Positions 17,786 to 26,503 of a DNA stretch of 64,000 bases are shown in pieces. Origin of the DNA: Victivallis vadensis. Its GTDB lineage: Bacteria > Verrucomicrobiota > Kiritimatiellia > UBA8416 > CAMCYG01. Within the stretch, counting starts at the first letter, position 1. Every line of letters starts with the position of its first letter. Under the pieces are notes generated by a model. It saw only the letters and a list, made by a program, of their open reading frames with translations, was not told the origin of the DNA and ran no database searches. The translations under genes and the position numbers were made by a program. The DNA lies in assembly GCA_945883775.1 (NCBI GenBank), contig CAMCYG010000004.1, forward strand, positions 1,844 through 65,843, in the 5' to 3' direction.

Positions 17786-18709
17786 TTATAGGCCACTCTG
17801 GAAGATCTTATTCAGTATAGGCCCCAGAAGAATCAGAAATACGGATGGGAAGATGAAGAGGAGCAGGGGGGCCAGCATTTTAACAGGTGCTTCATTGGCG
17901 AGTTTCTCAGCACGTTCGAACCGTCTTTGTCTGATTTGATCTGCCTGAATTTTGAGTATTGACCCTATGCTTACCCCAAGTTCGTCGGCTTGGACCAGTG
18001 CATTGATAACTGAACGTAATTCCGACAGATCCACTCTCTTGGACATCTCTCTAAGCGCATCGCGTCGGGTCTTGCCAAGTTGTATCTCTCTTGTGACGCG
18101 AAGCAGTTCCTCTCCCAGCGCATCGAGCTGTCGCTTGTCGACATTGCGTTGGAGCGCAGTCATGAAGTCCATTCCGGCTTCTACCGATAGCGTAAGAAGG
18201 TCCAGCACAAACGGGAGAGATCTTCTTACGGAATTATGCCTTGTGACAACGGCGTTTGCCAGCCATGCTTGCGGATAAATCACCATCAGGCCCAATCCCA
18301 TTATTATCAACGGGCCTTCTATCTTTGCCAGCAGGCTTACGGGACCTGCCGCGAAACTGGCCATCTTAATGAAGAGCATCCAGACCATCATCATTACGAC
18401 AGGGAACAGTATGCGGATCCCGATAAATTCCTGTCCGGATACAATCCCTTCGAAACCAGCAGCAGTAAGTTTTTTATCTGTCTCATGTACAGTTTTGCGC
18501 ATTACTGCTGAATTAGTTATGGGCTGCATATTGGGGCACAGGGGCAGTATCAGCTTAAAAAGAAGCGGTATGCTGCGTTCCATCTTTCGTCCATCGGCCA
18601 GTGTCACATACGTGATCTGCCTGGACAACTCCAGGACATACCAGCCTGCAAGGCCGAGCGAGACGGCCCATAAGGAGCTCAGCATGATCATTTGTAAGCT
18701 GTCGTTCAT
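17786..18709 (-). CDS. tadC: Tad platform protein TadC (type II secretion system F family)
   Basis: T2SSF-type cytoplasmic helical domain (LDLLTLSVEAGMDFMTALQRN) flanked by TM segments. 4-nt overlap with tadB. Confidence 0.8.
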   Translation of the reverse strand: MNDSLQMIMLSSLWAVSLGLAGWYVLELSRQITYVTLADGRKMERSIPLLFKLILPLCPNMQPITNSAVMRKTVHETDKKLTAAGFEGIVSGQEFIGIRILFPVVMMMVWMLFIKMASFAAGPVSLLAKIEGPLIIMGLGLMVIYPQAWLANAVVTRHNSVRRSLPFVLDLLTLSVEAGMDFMTALQRNVDKRQLDALGEELLRVTREIQLGKTRRDALREMSKRVDLSELRSVINALVQADELGVSIGSILKIQADQIRQRRFERAEKLANEAPVKMLAPLLLFIFPSVFLILLGPILNKIFQSGL

Positions 18710-19605
18710 ACGTTTATGTTGATGATCCTCTTAATTGTGACTCCGCCAAGGAACAGCAGTACAGCGACGGCAAAGATACTGATAAATCCTACCGGAGAGC
18801 AGAAGAACGGCTTCATTAGATCAGGATCCAGTATCGTCAGGGCAATGCCGATGACCACAGGCATTGATCCCACAATGAAGCCCTGCATTTTGCCCTGCGC
18901 CGTAAGAGTCTGTATCCTGTTCTCAATCCTCATCCGCTCTCTGATTGTATGAGCGATCTTGTCAAATATGTCAGTAAGGTTTCCGCCGGTTTTTCTTGCA
19001 GTGTCGATCGCCATTACGACTAAAGTAAGGTCTTCGCTCTGAACCCTTTTTTCCAGGTTGAACATTGCATCGCTGAAGCTTACTCCGACCCGTGTTTCCT
19101 GCAGGAATAACTCGAATTCCTGTGATATAGGCTTCTCACCCTCGCGGACGACAGCCTCAATGGCCTGACTGATGCTGAAGCCGGCCTTTAATGCATTGCT
19201 CATTGTGATAAGTGTATCCACCAGCTGGAGATTGAATTTCTTTAGTCTATTCGCCTTCATGATCTTAAGCGCTTGTTTGGGTATGAACATCGCGCCACCG
19301 GCTGCTGCGGTGCCTAAAAGCATGCCGAAGAATATGCCTTTCTCTGACGAAAAATTGCCTGTCAGTCCAAAAACCAAGATGAATGCAGTTCCGGCAAGGG
19401 CAAACGATATTTCCGTTATCCGCTTGGGCGAAATGAACAGAAACAGATCCTCAAATTCCCGCGCGGTTGTCTTTGAGTATTCGCCGGAATACTCGTCCGC
19501 ACCTTTGAAGAATGCCTGCAAACCGAAATATGCCAATCCGGCAAAAGATATTCCTGTCAGCGTCCCGATAAGCAAAATAGGAATCATATCTTGAACGAAA
19601 GTCAC
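18706..19605 (-). CDS. tadB: Tad platform protein TadB (type II secretion system F family)
   Basis: T2SSF domain (LVDTLITMSNALKAGFSISQAIE). N- and C-terminal TM segments. Follows cpaF. Confidence 0.8.
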   Translation of the reverse strand: MTFVQDMIPILLIGTLTGISFAGLAYFGLQAFFKGADEYSGEYSKTTAREFEDLFLFISPKRITEISFALAGTAFILVFGLTGNFSSEKGIFFGMLLGTAAAGGAMFIPKQALKIMKANRLKKFNLQLVDTLITMSNALKAGFSISQAIEAVVREGEKPISQEFELFLQETRVGVSFSDAMFNLEKRVQSEDLTLVVMAIDTARKTGGNLTDIFDKIAHTIRERMRIENRIQTLTAQGKMQGFIVGSMPVVIGIALTILDPDLMKPFFCSPVGFISIFAVAVLLFLGGVTIKRIININV

Positions 19606-19608
19606 TGT

Positions 19609-21345
19609 TTAATCCCTCCATTTCTGAGGATCGAACATGGAATGGTCAACCGTGAGGCCGCGGGAACCAATATCTTCAAGGAAAGTCGGCACGGAACCTG
19701 TAGGCGAATATTTTCCCAGCACCTTCCCGGTAGCGTCAATGCCGGACTGCTTGAATTCAAATATCTCCTGCATGGTAATCTGCTCTCCTTCGAGTCCTAC
19801 GATCTCAGTTATGCTGGTCACTTTCCTGGAGCCGTCGCTGAATCTGGACTCATGAACTATCAGGTCGACGGCAGAAGCTATCTGCTCTCTGATCGCCCTT
19901 ACAGGAAGGTCCATTCCTGACATCAGCACCATAGTCTCAAGTCTGGAGATGGTATCCCGTGGTGAATTTGAGTGTGCTGTCGTAAGTGAGCCGTCGTGAC
20001 CTGTATTCATCGCCTGAAGCATGTCGAGTGTCTCGCCGCCGCGGCACTCGCCGACTACTATCCTGTCCGGCCTCATACGCAGGGCATTCTTTACAAGATC
20101 CCTTATGGTTATAGCGCCTTTGCCTTCGATGTTTGGCGGTCTGGCTTCCAGTCTGACAACATGTGTCTGTCCCAGGCGCAATTCTGCCGCATCCTCGATG
20201 GTTACGATGCGTTCCGTTTCGGGTATATAGTTGGATAGAACATTCAGCAGTGACGTCTTTCCCGATCCGGTTCCGCCTGAAACGATTATGTTCTTGCGCA
20301 TATGCACACAGATTTTGATAAAATCAGCCATTTGCTGGGTCATGGTCCCGAATTTTATCAGATCCTGATCGGTAAAAGGTTTCTTGCTGAACTTTCTGAC
20401 GGTAAGGCATGGGCCTATGAGCGAGAGGGGATGTATTATAGCGTTTACGCGTGAGCCGTCAGGAAGGCGTGCGTCGACATAAGGTTGGCTCTCGTCGATT
20501 CGTCTGCCAAGCGGGGAGACTATCCGCTCAATGATTGCAAGTACTGATGCCTCGTCCATGAAAGTCCGGCCGGACAGCGTCAGTTTACCTTTCTTTTCGA
20601 CATAGATCCTGGAAGGTCCGTTGACCATTATTTCGGTTACGCTGTCATCGCGCAGGAATTCCTCAAGTGGGCCCAATCCCAGCGCTTCATCGCAGATGTC
20701 ACTGACGAGATCCTCAGGGTTTATACCGGGTGGCAGTTTGTGTGCGATCTCTGCGACTATCTCCCTGATTGTTCCGGTCGCCTTGAACCTGAGCTCCTTG
20801 GATGTCATACGTGTTGCTGAAAGCCGTTTGATGTCCATTCGCTCAACAAGTGCCTTGTGGATCTGCTGTTTAATTGATCTCTTGATGTCAAGCTCCTGTA
20901 TGGATTCTTCTGGAATTTCAGGGTTTTGCTTATCCAGCGTTTTTGGCGATTGTGAAATATCGGGTGTCGCTACTGCCGCTTGAGCCGGTCTTTGCACTGG
21001 TTCAGCGGGCCGGTCTGCCGTAGTTTTGGGACGCTCTGCCGGTTGAACAGGAACTGAACCCAGTATAAGTTTAAACGGGCCTATGGTTATTACCTGACCA
21101 GTCCTGATGCTCATGCGTCCGCTGACCTTTACGGAATCCAGCAGGGTTCCAACCCTTGACTGTAAATCCTCGATCCAACAGCCATCATCCTTGATTGTAA
21201 GAATAGCATGCCTGGTTTCGATTGACGGATCAGGCAGATGGATCTTGCAACCATCCTCTGAACCGATGGAGTATACACCGTTGCTGATGGAGCCCTTATA
21301 GGGTTCTTTCCCTGGTAAACCTATCGTGATCTCAATAGCAGGCAT
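19609..21345 (-). CDS. cpaF: Tad secretion ATPase CpaF/TadA with N-terminal FHA domain
   Basis: Walker [37 protein letters not shown] and the GHDGSLTT His box. The first ~100 aa show an FHA pattern ([15 protein letters not shown]...IETRHAIL...[17 protein letters not shown]...ITIGPFKL). Confidence 0.93.
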   Translation of the reverse strand: MPAIEITIGLPGKEPYKGSISNGVYSIGSEDGCKIHLPDPSIETRHAILTIKDDGCWIEDLQSRVGTLLDSVKVSGRMSIRTGQVITIGPFKLILGSVPVQPAERPKTTADRPAEPVQRPAQAAVATPDISQSPKTLDKQNPEIPEESIQELDIKRSIKQQIHKALVERMDIKRLSATRMTSKELRFKATGTIREIVAEIAHKLPPGINPEDLVSDICDEALGLGPLEEFLRDDSVTEIMVNGPSRIYVEKKGKLTLSGRTFMDEASVLAIIERIVSPLGRRIDESQPYVDARLPDGSRVNAIIHPLSLIGPCLTVRKFSKKPFTDQDLIKFGTMTQQMADFIKICVHMRKNIIVSGGTGSGKTSLLNVLSNYIPETERIVTIEDAAELRLGQTHVVRLEARPPNIEGKGAITIRDLVKNALRMRPDRIVVGECRGGETLDMLQAMNTGHDGSLTTAHSNSPRDTISRLETMVLMSGMDLPVRAIREQIASAVDLIVHESRFSDGSRKVTSITEIVGLEGEQITMQEIFEFKQSGIDATGKVLGKYSPTGSVPTFLEDIGSRGLTVDHSMFDPQKWRD

Positions 21346-21360
21346 GTGGTCTCCAATGGA

Positions 21361-22179
21361 TTATAGGCTCTTCTTGAACCTGATCTTCTGTTGCCGGTAT
21401 GCGTTCAGCTCCGGCAGGCTTTTCTCCATCTTGTCGAAATTGATTTCGGGGAGGTCTTTCTCGAATGACGGGTCATTCGGATTTCTCAGCGCCAGAGTCA
21501 TTGCGCCCCTGAGTTGCTGAACGAACACAAGCAGTTCCGCTTCTTTCGGCGTGACCTCAAGTGTGACTGTGCTGTAGCTGGTGCTTTTGGCTTTCTTGCC
21601 GTCAAACGCCTGATCTGCCATGGTTTGGCCGACCGCTAGAACTGTGACATCCTGGAGCATTGTAAGAGTGACCGTCTCGGTCTGTGTCGGGTTGGTCTTC
21701 AGCGGCATATTGAATGTGCCGAGGACATCAATCTGGTTGTTAGGCTGTATCATTCCGCTGACTGCATTAGCGCCGCCGATAGGGAGGGATATAGCCCTCA
21801 TGCCCGGTTTGATCTTTGGTGCAAGTCCGGTGTGGGTTGCCGACCCGCCCACGATGTAATCCCAAAGGATGGGCTTTTTGGCTGATATCTCTGATTCTGC
21901 TTTCTTACCGACGATGTATTTGTACTCACTTCTCATTACGACTCTATCCGGCAACTGCGCCTCGAAGAAATCCTTTGCCGCCAGATCGTCGGCGCTGATG
22001 GTCGTTCCGCTAGGTATATTGTTACGAGCGACTACCACCTCAACCATTTTTGCATTCTTATAAATCAGCTCTTTTGCTTTCTGGACCTCATCGACCTTTG
22101 CCTTAAGATACTGACTGGTCAGAATGAAGGCTACAATTCCTATGACAACCGCTATTATCGGGATTAGTTTCTGTTTCAT
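21361..22179 (-). CDS. cpaB: Flp pilus assembly protein CpaB/RcpC
   Basis: N-terminal TM segment, a SAF-like segment (VVVARNNIPSGTTISADDL), and a C-terminal RcpC-type segment (MRAISLPI...IQPNNQIDVLGT...VTVLAVGQ...VTLEVTPKEAELLVFVQQLRGAMTLALRNP). Confidence 0.85.
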   Translation of the reverse strand: MKQKLIPIIAVVIGIVAFILTSQYLKAKVDEVQKAKELIYKNAKMVEVVVARNNIPSGTTISADDLAAKDFFEAQLPDRVVMRSEYKYIVGKKAESEISAKKPILWDYIVGGSATHTGLAPKIKPGMRAISLPIGGANAVSGMIQPNNQIDVLGTFNMPLKTNPTQTETVTLTMLQDVTVLAVGQTMADQAFDGKKAKSTSYSTVTLEVTPKEAELLVFVQQLRGAMTLALRNPNDPSFEKDLPEINFDKMEKSLPELNAYRQQKIRFKKSL

Positions 22180-22205
22180 ATCATCTCCTGTTGCTGTTCA
22201 AGTTA

Positions 22206-22940
22206 TTACAATTTAAGAGGCATATGCAATAAAGTAATCGTGGAATATCCGCTTTGACTTTTCTGCACATAAAGAATGCAATTCTCTCCGGCTTTTGAGA
22301 AGACCGACATACATGATTGGCCCGCGGCAGAAACAGGTTTTATCGGCAAAGACCAGCCGGAAGACTGCATGGACGATGTCATGTAGGACTGGATAGATTC
22401 GGTGGCAGCCGGCGCTTTCTCAAACGACAGGGACATGCCCGTTTTTTCATCCTCAATGCCAAGATCGGTGCTGGAGCCTGGATATGACGGAAGTTTACTG
22501 ATCGCTGCGGGGCGGGCAGGGGAATCGGCACCGGCACGGGTCATTCTTATCAAGTATATGACAGTTGATAGAGATTGCGGCATCTTGATCGCCATGATCG
22601 TTGTCTTGTATGCAGGGTCGTCGATGTTGCCTATTATCATACCGTCCCCGGCCATCTTAATGAAATCTTTGCCGTATGTATCGATCAGGGTCTTCATCGT
22701 GTCCCGGAAACTGGTGCTGGTGCCTATGGTCTCCAGATAGCCCTTTTTTCCGTTAACCACGATGTCTGACTTGTAGATGGAAGCGCCATTAATGGCTGAT
22801 ATGACATCGTTGATGCCAGCCGGCCCTGAGCCTGTGAGTTTAAATATTCGCCCGTGTGATAGAAGTGTCGTTAGGCACAAGGTCACTGCGATAACCGTGT
22901 ATCTCATCCAGCTGGATAAATTATATATATGTATTTTCAT
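22206..22940 (-). CDS. hypothetical exported protein inside the Tad operon
   Basis: 244-aa ORF with a signal-like N-terminus (MRYTVIAVTLCLTTLLSHG is a possible true start). No family motif recognised. Confidence 0.45.
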   Translation of the reverse strand: MKIHIYNLSSWMRYTVIAVTLCLTTLLSHGRIFKLTGSGPAGINDVISAINGASIYKSDIVVNGKKGYLETIGTSTSFRDTMKTLIDTYGKDFIKMAGDGMIIGNIDDPAYKTTIMAIKMPQSLSTVIYLIRMTRAGADSPARPAAISKLPSYPGSSTDLGIEDEKTGMSLSFEKAPAATESIQSYMTSSMQSSGWSLPIKPVSAAGQSCMSVFSKAGENCILYVQKSQSGYSTITLLHMPLKL

Positions 22941-23075
22941 TCAAGCCTAATTTGTACTCTCTGTGCTACACGCATCAACTTCCTTTGCGAAGAATCGCCG
23001 ATCAGGGGATCGGCTCCTACAGTCTGAGCTCAAAGGTAGAGCCGGTTTAATACCGTCTATATCTCCTCTGAACCA

Positions 23076-23210
23076 AGATAGCCGGGGTAAAACCGGCCCT
23101 ACCTTTTCGGAATTGAGGTAGGGCGAGGCCTTCCGCCTATGCCAAGAGGCTCCGGCGAGACATGCTGGCCGAGCCGTCTTTTGTGATTCGCAATTTGTAA
23201 TCTGTGATTG
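23076..23210. repeat. intergenic structured repeat, copy A (two hairpins + GTAGGGCGAGGCC core + TGTGATT tail)
   Basis: Hairpin GCCGG-ggtaaaa-CCGGC (23081-23097). Hairpin CCCTACC...GGTAGGG (23097-23123). Then GCGAGGCCTTCCGCC...GGCCGAGCCGTC and TGTGATTCGCAATTTGTAATCTGTGATT. Confidence 0.75.
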
Positions 23211-23212
23211 TT

Positions 23213-23710
23213 TCAATATATCCCTTTAGTCCACGTCATCCATGCTTCGCATTCGATGTCTATCGAATCGGCGTCATACAAGAAATGCCTGACTGCTGGT
23301 ATCATGTCTATCTGCGCAGAGGTTTTTGCCTGGCCTTTTATCAAGCCAAACACTGATGATGGCACGGCAGAACCGTGCAGTTGTGAAATTTTGTTAGCGT
23401 TAAGCTTGTCGATATACTGCCATTCAGTAGGATCGGCTACAGACTTCTCTACAATCGTATTCTGCAGGTCGAACGGGTTTGCCGTATCTGAGGTATCATC
23501 GGACGTTAATTGTTTTTCGTCGCCGCCTTCCTGCCAATCTTTAATATAGTCGGCAGAGGTCATGGGGTCGAAATCCATCATCATATCAGATGCCGCGTTT
23601 TCCCTGGCTTCCGTCATCGTCTCTGTTTGTGCCCTGGTGAGCGAGACCAGTTGAATCATTCCAGCGAAAAGGACAAGCACAGCCACAAGTCCAATGATGA
23701 ACTCAATCAT
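23213..23710 (-). CDS. TadE-like pseudopilin / pilus assembly protein
   Basis: Start trimmed to the M at 23710 (GQA-MIEFIIGLVAVLVLFAGMIQLVSL). This is a TadE-type hydrophobic N-terminus. The track ORF extension runs through repeat copy B and into the upstream gene. Confidence 0.55.
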   Translation of the reverse strand: MIEFIIGLVAVLVLFAGMIQLVSLTRAQTETMTEARENAASDMMMDFDPMTSADYIKDWQEGGDEKQLTSDDTSDTANPFDLQNTIVEKSVADPTEWQYIDKLNANKISQLHGSAVPSSVFGLIKGQAKTSAQIDMIPAVRHFLYDADSIDIECEAWMTWTKGIY

Positions 23711-23763
23711 TGCCTGCCCGTTTCTGTTATATTTGGTTGCAGGGCTAATTGTGATCGGTCTCC

Positions 23764-23840
23764 AGAATAGCCGATATAAAATCGGCCCTGTCTTGGTCCG
23801 GCAAGGTAGGGCGAGGCCTCCGGCCGAGCCGTCCTTGGCC
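23764..23840. repeat. intergenic structured repeat, copy B
   Basis: Hairpin GCCGAT-ataaa-ATCGGC (23770-23786). Hairpin CCCTGTCTTG-gtccgg-CAAGGTAGGG (23786-23811). Then GCGAGGCCTCCGGCCGAGCCGTCC. Confidence 0.75.
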
Positions 23841-23870
23841 CAAATGGGACACTTTAAGTTTAATAATCGT

Positions 23871-25328
23871 CTAATGTCCACGGCGTGTACCTCCTCCGGG
23901 ACCACCACCGCCACCGGGCGGTAATATGCAAAGATAATCATATTCATCCAGCCAATCGGAGCCGGCTTTCCGGAATGTCCTGCTTTCCCATGTTAAAAGC
24001 TGTTTGCAGTAATAACATTCCGACATTTCATCGTTACTGTTTATAGCGTCTGGCCCTGTGTCCATGTACATGGATAAATGTTCGTCAATATGTTTGCGCC
24101 AGGCAAGGTTGTAGCCGCCGCCTGACCCGAGAGTCGAGGCGTCGAGTGGAATGAGCCGAACATCATGGTATGCCGGCATGACCAGTTCATACGTGTTTGG
24201 CAGGGAGGGGCCGTCGAGATATCCAAATGGTTTGGCGGCTGCCAGCCAGTCAACTGTGTTCTGAAGTTTTGCGCCGCGAGCGCCAGGCGTAACTCGCGTG
24301 GCAGTGGCTGATACCCGGACCACCGCGTCGACTCCGCTATAATCATACTCAGGCTTTATCGTGCCTGTGACCGGGAATGCGCCAAGGTCATTGAATTTTA
24401 TCTTGTCCCATGATCGGCTCCAGTGCTCTTCATTCATATTGTAGCAGTACCAGTTTGCCGTCACACTTGCGCCTTCATCGGTGACGGCACCTGTGAGGTT
24501 CCTGTCTTCCAGTATTTTATCAAGGACGTCTCGGTCTGTGACGGGATTGAGCCGTGATTCAATTCTTAGCAAGTCGAGCCCGAATATTTCGGAGTTCATA
24601 TAAGAAGGGTGTTCCGGCACAGGCAGGCCAGGCCACCAGCAGGGAAAGAAATTCTCGTATTCGTCGAGCAGGTCACGTGCATTATGGTAGAACCAGCACC
24701 AGCTCTGTCCTGCGACGGCGTCATAGAAGTCCGGCCTCAATAGATAATGGCCGCTGGCATAATCAGTGTAATATGACACATTGTCAGGTCCGGCCGCTAC
24801 ACCGTCAGAGGCGACGAGATCTATCATGTCAGCGTATTCCTGCCAACAGTTGGTATAGGGCTCCTGAAACAGGGTAGAGCCGTCAGCGCCGCTGATCTCA
24901 GTGTAATCCTCTCGTACAGATCTGGCATGTTCGCTGGTTATCTCATCGAAGTCATGGTTTCTGAAAATATTGTTGGCCTTGGCTGCTTGCTGTGCGGCGA
25001 CCATTGCAATCATCGGGCCAGTGTAGCATAACCGGGCTCTGATATTGTCAATGCATGCAGAAGCCGCGTAATTGCTTTCGGAAAGAGCTATGGCATTAAG
25101 GATATTCAAATCTCCAATGAGATTCAGGCTTATGCCCTGCCATCTTGCTGCAGCAAGAGCTGATGAGTCGCCTGCATTCTGGGTTATCGACTTAACGTGT
25201 ATTATCCTGTGTACGTCATAGTTCCATAGAGCCATAAAGACAAGGATGACAAGGATCATCATCATGAACATGAGTATCTGTCCTGAGCGTTTGCCGCGGT
25301 TTTTCTTATTTTTCCAGATAAAGCGCAC
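23871..25328 (-). CDS. TadG-like pilus assembly protein
   Basis: N-terminal RGKRSGQILMFMMMILVILVFMALWNYDVHRI...QNAGDSSALAAAR fits the TadG-like N-terminal domain. 485 aa with a Gly-rich C-terminus (PPGGGGGPGGG). Confidence 0.7.
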   Translation of the reverse strand: MRFIWKNKKNRGKRSGQILMFMMMILVILVFMALWNYDVHRIIHVKSITQNAGDSSALAAARWQGISLNLIGDLNILNAIALSESNYAASACIDNIRARLCYTGPMIAMVAAQQAAKANNIFRNHDFDEITSEHARSVREDYTEISGADGSTLFQEPYTNCWQEYADMIDLVASDGVAAGPDNVSYYTDYASGHYLLRPDFYDAVAGQSWCWFYHNARDLLDEYENFFPCWWPGLPVPEHPSYMNSEIFGLDLLRIESRLNPVTDRDVLDKILEDRNLTGAVTDEGASVTANWYCYNMNEEHWSRSWDKIKFNDLGAFPVTGTIKPEYDYSGVDAVVRVSATATRVTPGARGAKLQNTVDWLAAAKPFGYLDGPSLPNTYELVMPAYHDVRLIPLDASTLGSGGGYNLAWRKHIDEHLSMYMDTGPDAINSNDEMSECYYCKQLLTWESRTFRKAGSDWLDEYDYLCILPPGGGGGPGGGTRRGH

Positions 25329-25941
25329 TATGGTCCTCTATAACTGCTTTCCCGTGCAGTTCTACGGTGTCATCTACATAGAAAGCCTTGTGCATCGGCA
25401 CCCAGTTGGAGACCACCTGGCTTACGGTGACGTCTATGAACGGTGTCGACCCCTCAATATATGAACCCATGTCAGGTGCAGAGATCCCGATATTGTCCCA
25501 TCTGGCATAATCCAGAATCGCTCTCGCCCGGTTCTCGTTGTCGCTTGCCATAAACTCGGGGATCCGGGCTCGCTCGATGTTAAGTTGGTTCAGGGCAGGT
25601 GTGACCCCAATGCTCTGTATGAATATTGTACCGGGCTTCTCGTTGTCGATCATTGACTGAAGAACAGCATCTTCATTGTCGAACTCAGGGACTGTCATTC
25701 TGCCGGCATTCGGTATGGTGGCAACCAGTACAGCCTTATGACTCATCCATTCATTAAATCCGACGGTCTTGGCTCGCGCCGCTCGCGCCGCGGCATGATA
25801 CAGAATCTCACGCGCGGTGAATAGCTGGGAAACCTGGAACAATCCAAAGAAAATTAGGCAAACAAGACCCATCATAAGACAAGTCTCTATAAGCGATTGG
25901 CCCCCTTTATTTGAAGGGTAAGGCAAATCTGTCCGACGCAT
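25306..25941 (-). CDS. TadE-like pseudopilin / pilus assembly protein
   Basis: N-terminal KGGQSLIETCLMMGLVCLIFFGLFQVSQL is TadE-type. 211 aa. 23-nt overlap with the downstream TadG-like gene. Confidence 0.62.
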   Translation of the reverse strand: MRRTDLPYPSNKGGQSLIETCLMMGLVCLIFFGLFQVSQLFTAREILYHAAARAARAKTVGFNEWMSHKAVLVATIPNAGRMTVPEFDNEDAVLQSMIDNEKPGTIFIQSIGVTPALNQLNIERARIPEFMASDNENRARAILDYARWDNIGISAPDMGSYIEGSTPFIDVTVSQVVSNWVPMHKAFYVDDTVELHGKAVIEDHSALYLEK

Positions 25942-25996
25942 ATGTCTTATCGCTTTATTTTGGATGGGTCTGCTTAACTGCTGATGCCATCTTTAG

Positions 25997-26233
25997 TTAT
26001 GGAGCGGCGACGCCGTCTTTTGTTATGGACTTCAGTCCATCTACTGACGGTGTATCCACGGCAGTATCTACTGCGCTGGTGTCTCCACCAAGTTCTACCA
26101 CAGCTCCGCCCATCATCGCCCGGATTCTGTCGCTGAATACGCCGAAAATGGCCAATGCTGCAATTGCGATTATAACCACGATAATGATATACTCAACCAT
26201 AGTCTGTCCGCTTTTACTGCTCTTTCTGCTCAT
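25997..26233 (-). CDS. flp: Flp-family type IVb prepilin (79 aa)
   Basis: Start set at 26233: ATG lies 9 nt after AGGAGG. MSRKSSKSGQTMVEYIIIVVIIAIAALAIF contains the G/XXXXEY processing motif plus a hydrophobic helix. Confidence 0.72.
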   Translation of the reverse strand: MSRKSSKSGQTMVEYIIIVVIIAIAALAIFGVFSDRIRAMMGGAVVELGGDTSAVDTAVDTPSVDGLKSITKDGVAAP

Positions 26234-26256
26234 TTTTATCATCCTCCTGTTCAATG

Positions 26257-26406
26257 TTATGGATATTCCGATGCCACCAGTTCTACTACTCGATATGACT
26301 GCTCCCTGAAAGTGTATAGCAATATCGACACTATAAGCACCATAGTCGTTACTATCGCAGCAGTGATCGCATATTCTACCATAGCCTGACCCCGGCGGCT
26401 TTGCAT
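26257..26406 (-). CDS. flp: Flp-family prepilin (about 50 aa; start uncertain, 26406 or 26421)
   Basis: MQSRRGQAMVEYAITAAIVTTMVLIVSILLY has G/XXXXEY followed by a hydrophobic helix. No clear SD for either candidate start. Confidence 0.55.
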   Translation of the reverse strand: MQSRRGQAMVEYAITAAIVTTMVLIVSILLYTFREQSYRVVELVASEYP

Positions 26407-26503
26407 AAAGCACTTTGTCATGGCAAGAATGTTACCAGCTTGACGCATACATGTAAATTATTTATATTAAAATCTGTTTCTGGCCGTTATTTAAAGTATC
26501 TGC

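Noticed and set aside
22947-23216. 89-aa minus-strand ORF spanning the 22941-23212 spacer
   Set aside because: It is read straight through repeat copy A (GC-rich hairpins). Its Pro/Arg/Ser-rich translation is typical of translated REP-like repeats.
23711-23947. 79-codon upstream extension of the tadE-like ORF
   Set aside because: It runs through repeat copy B and overlaps the TadG-like gene end. The TadE-type hydrophobic N-terminus begins at 23710.
26449-26503. TGGCC...sequence upstream of the Cys-rich protein gene as a possible sigma-54 promoter
   Set aside because: The GG-N10-GC spacing is not satisfied (TGGCCGTTATTTAA has no GC at the -12 position).
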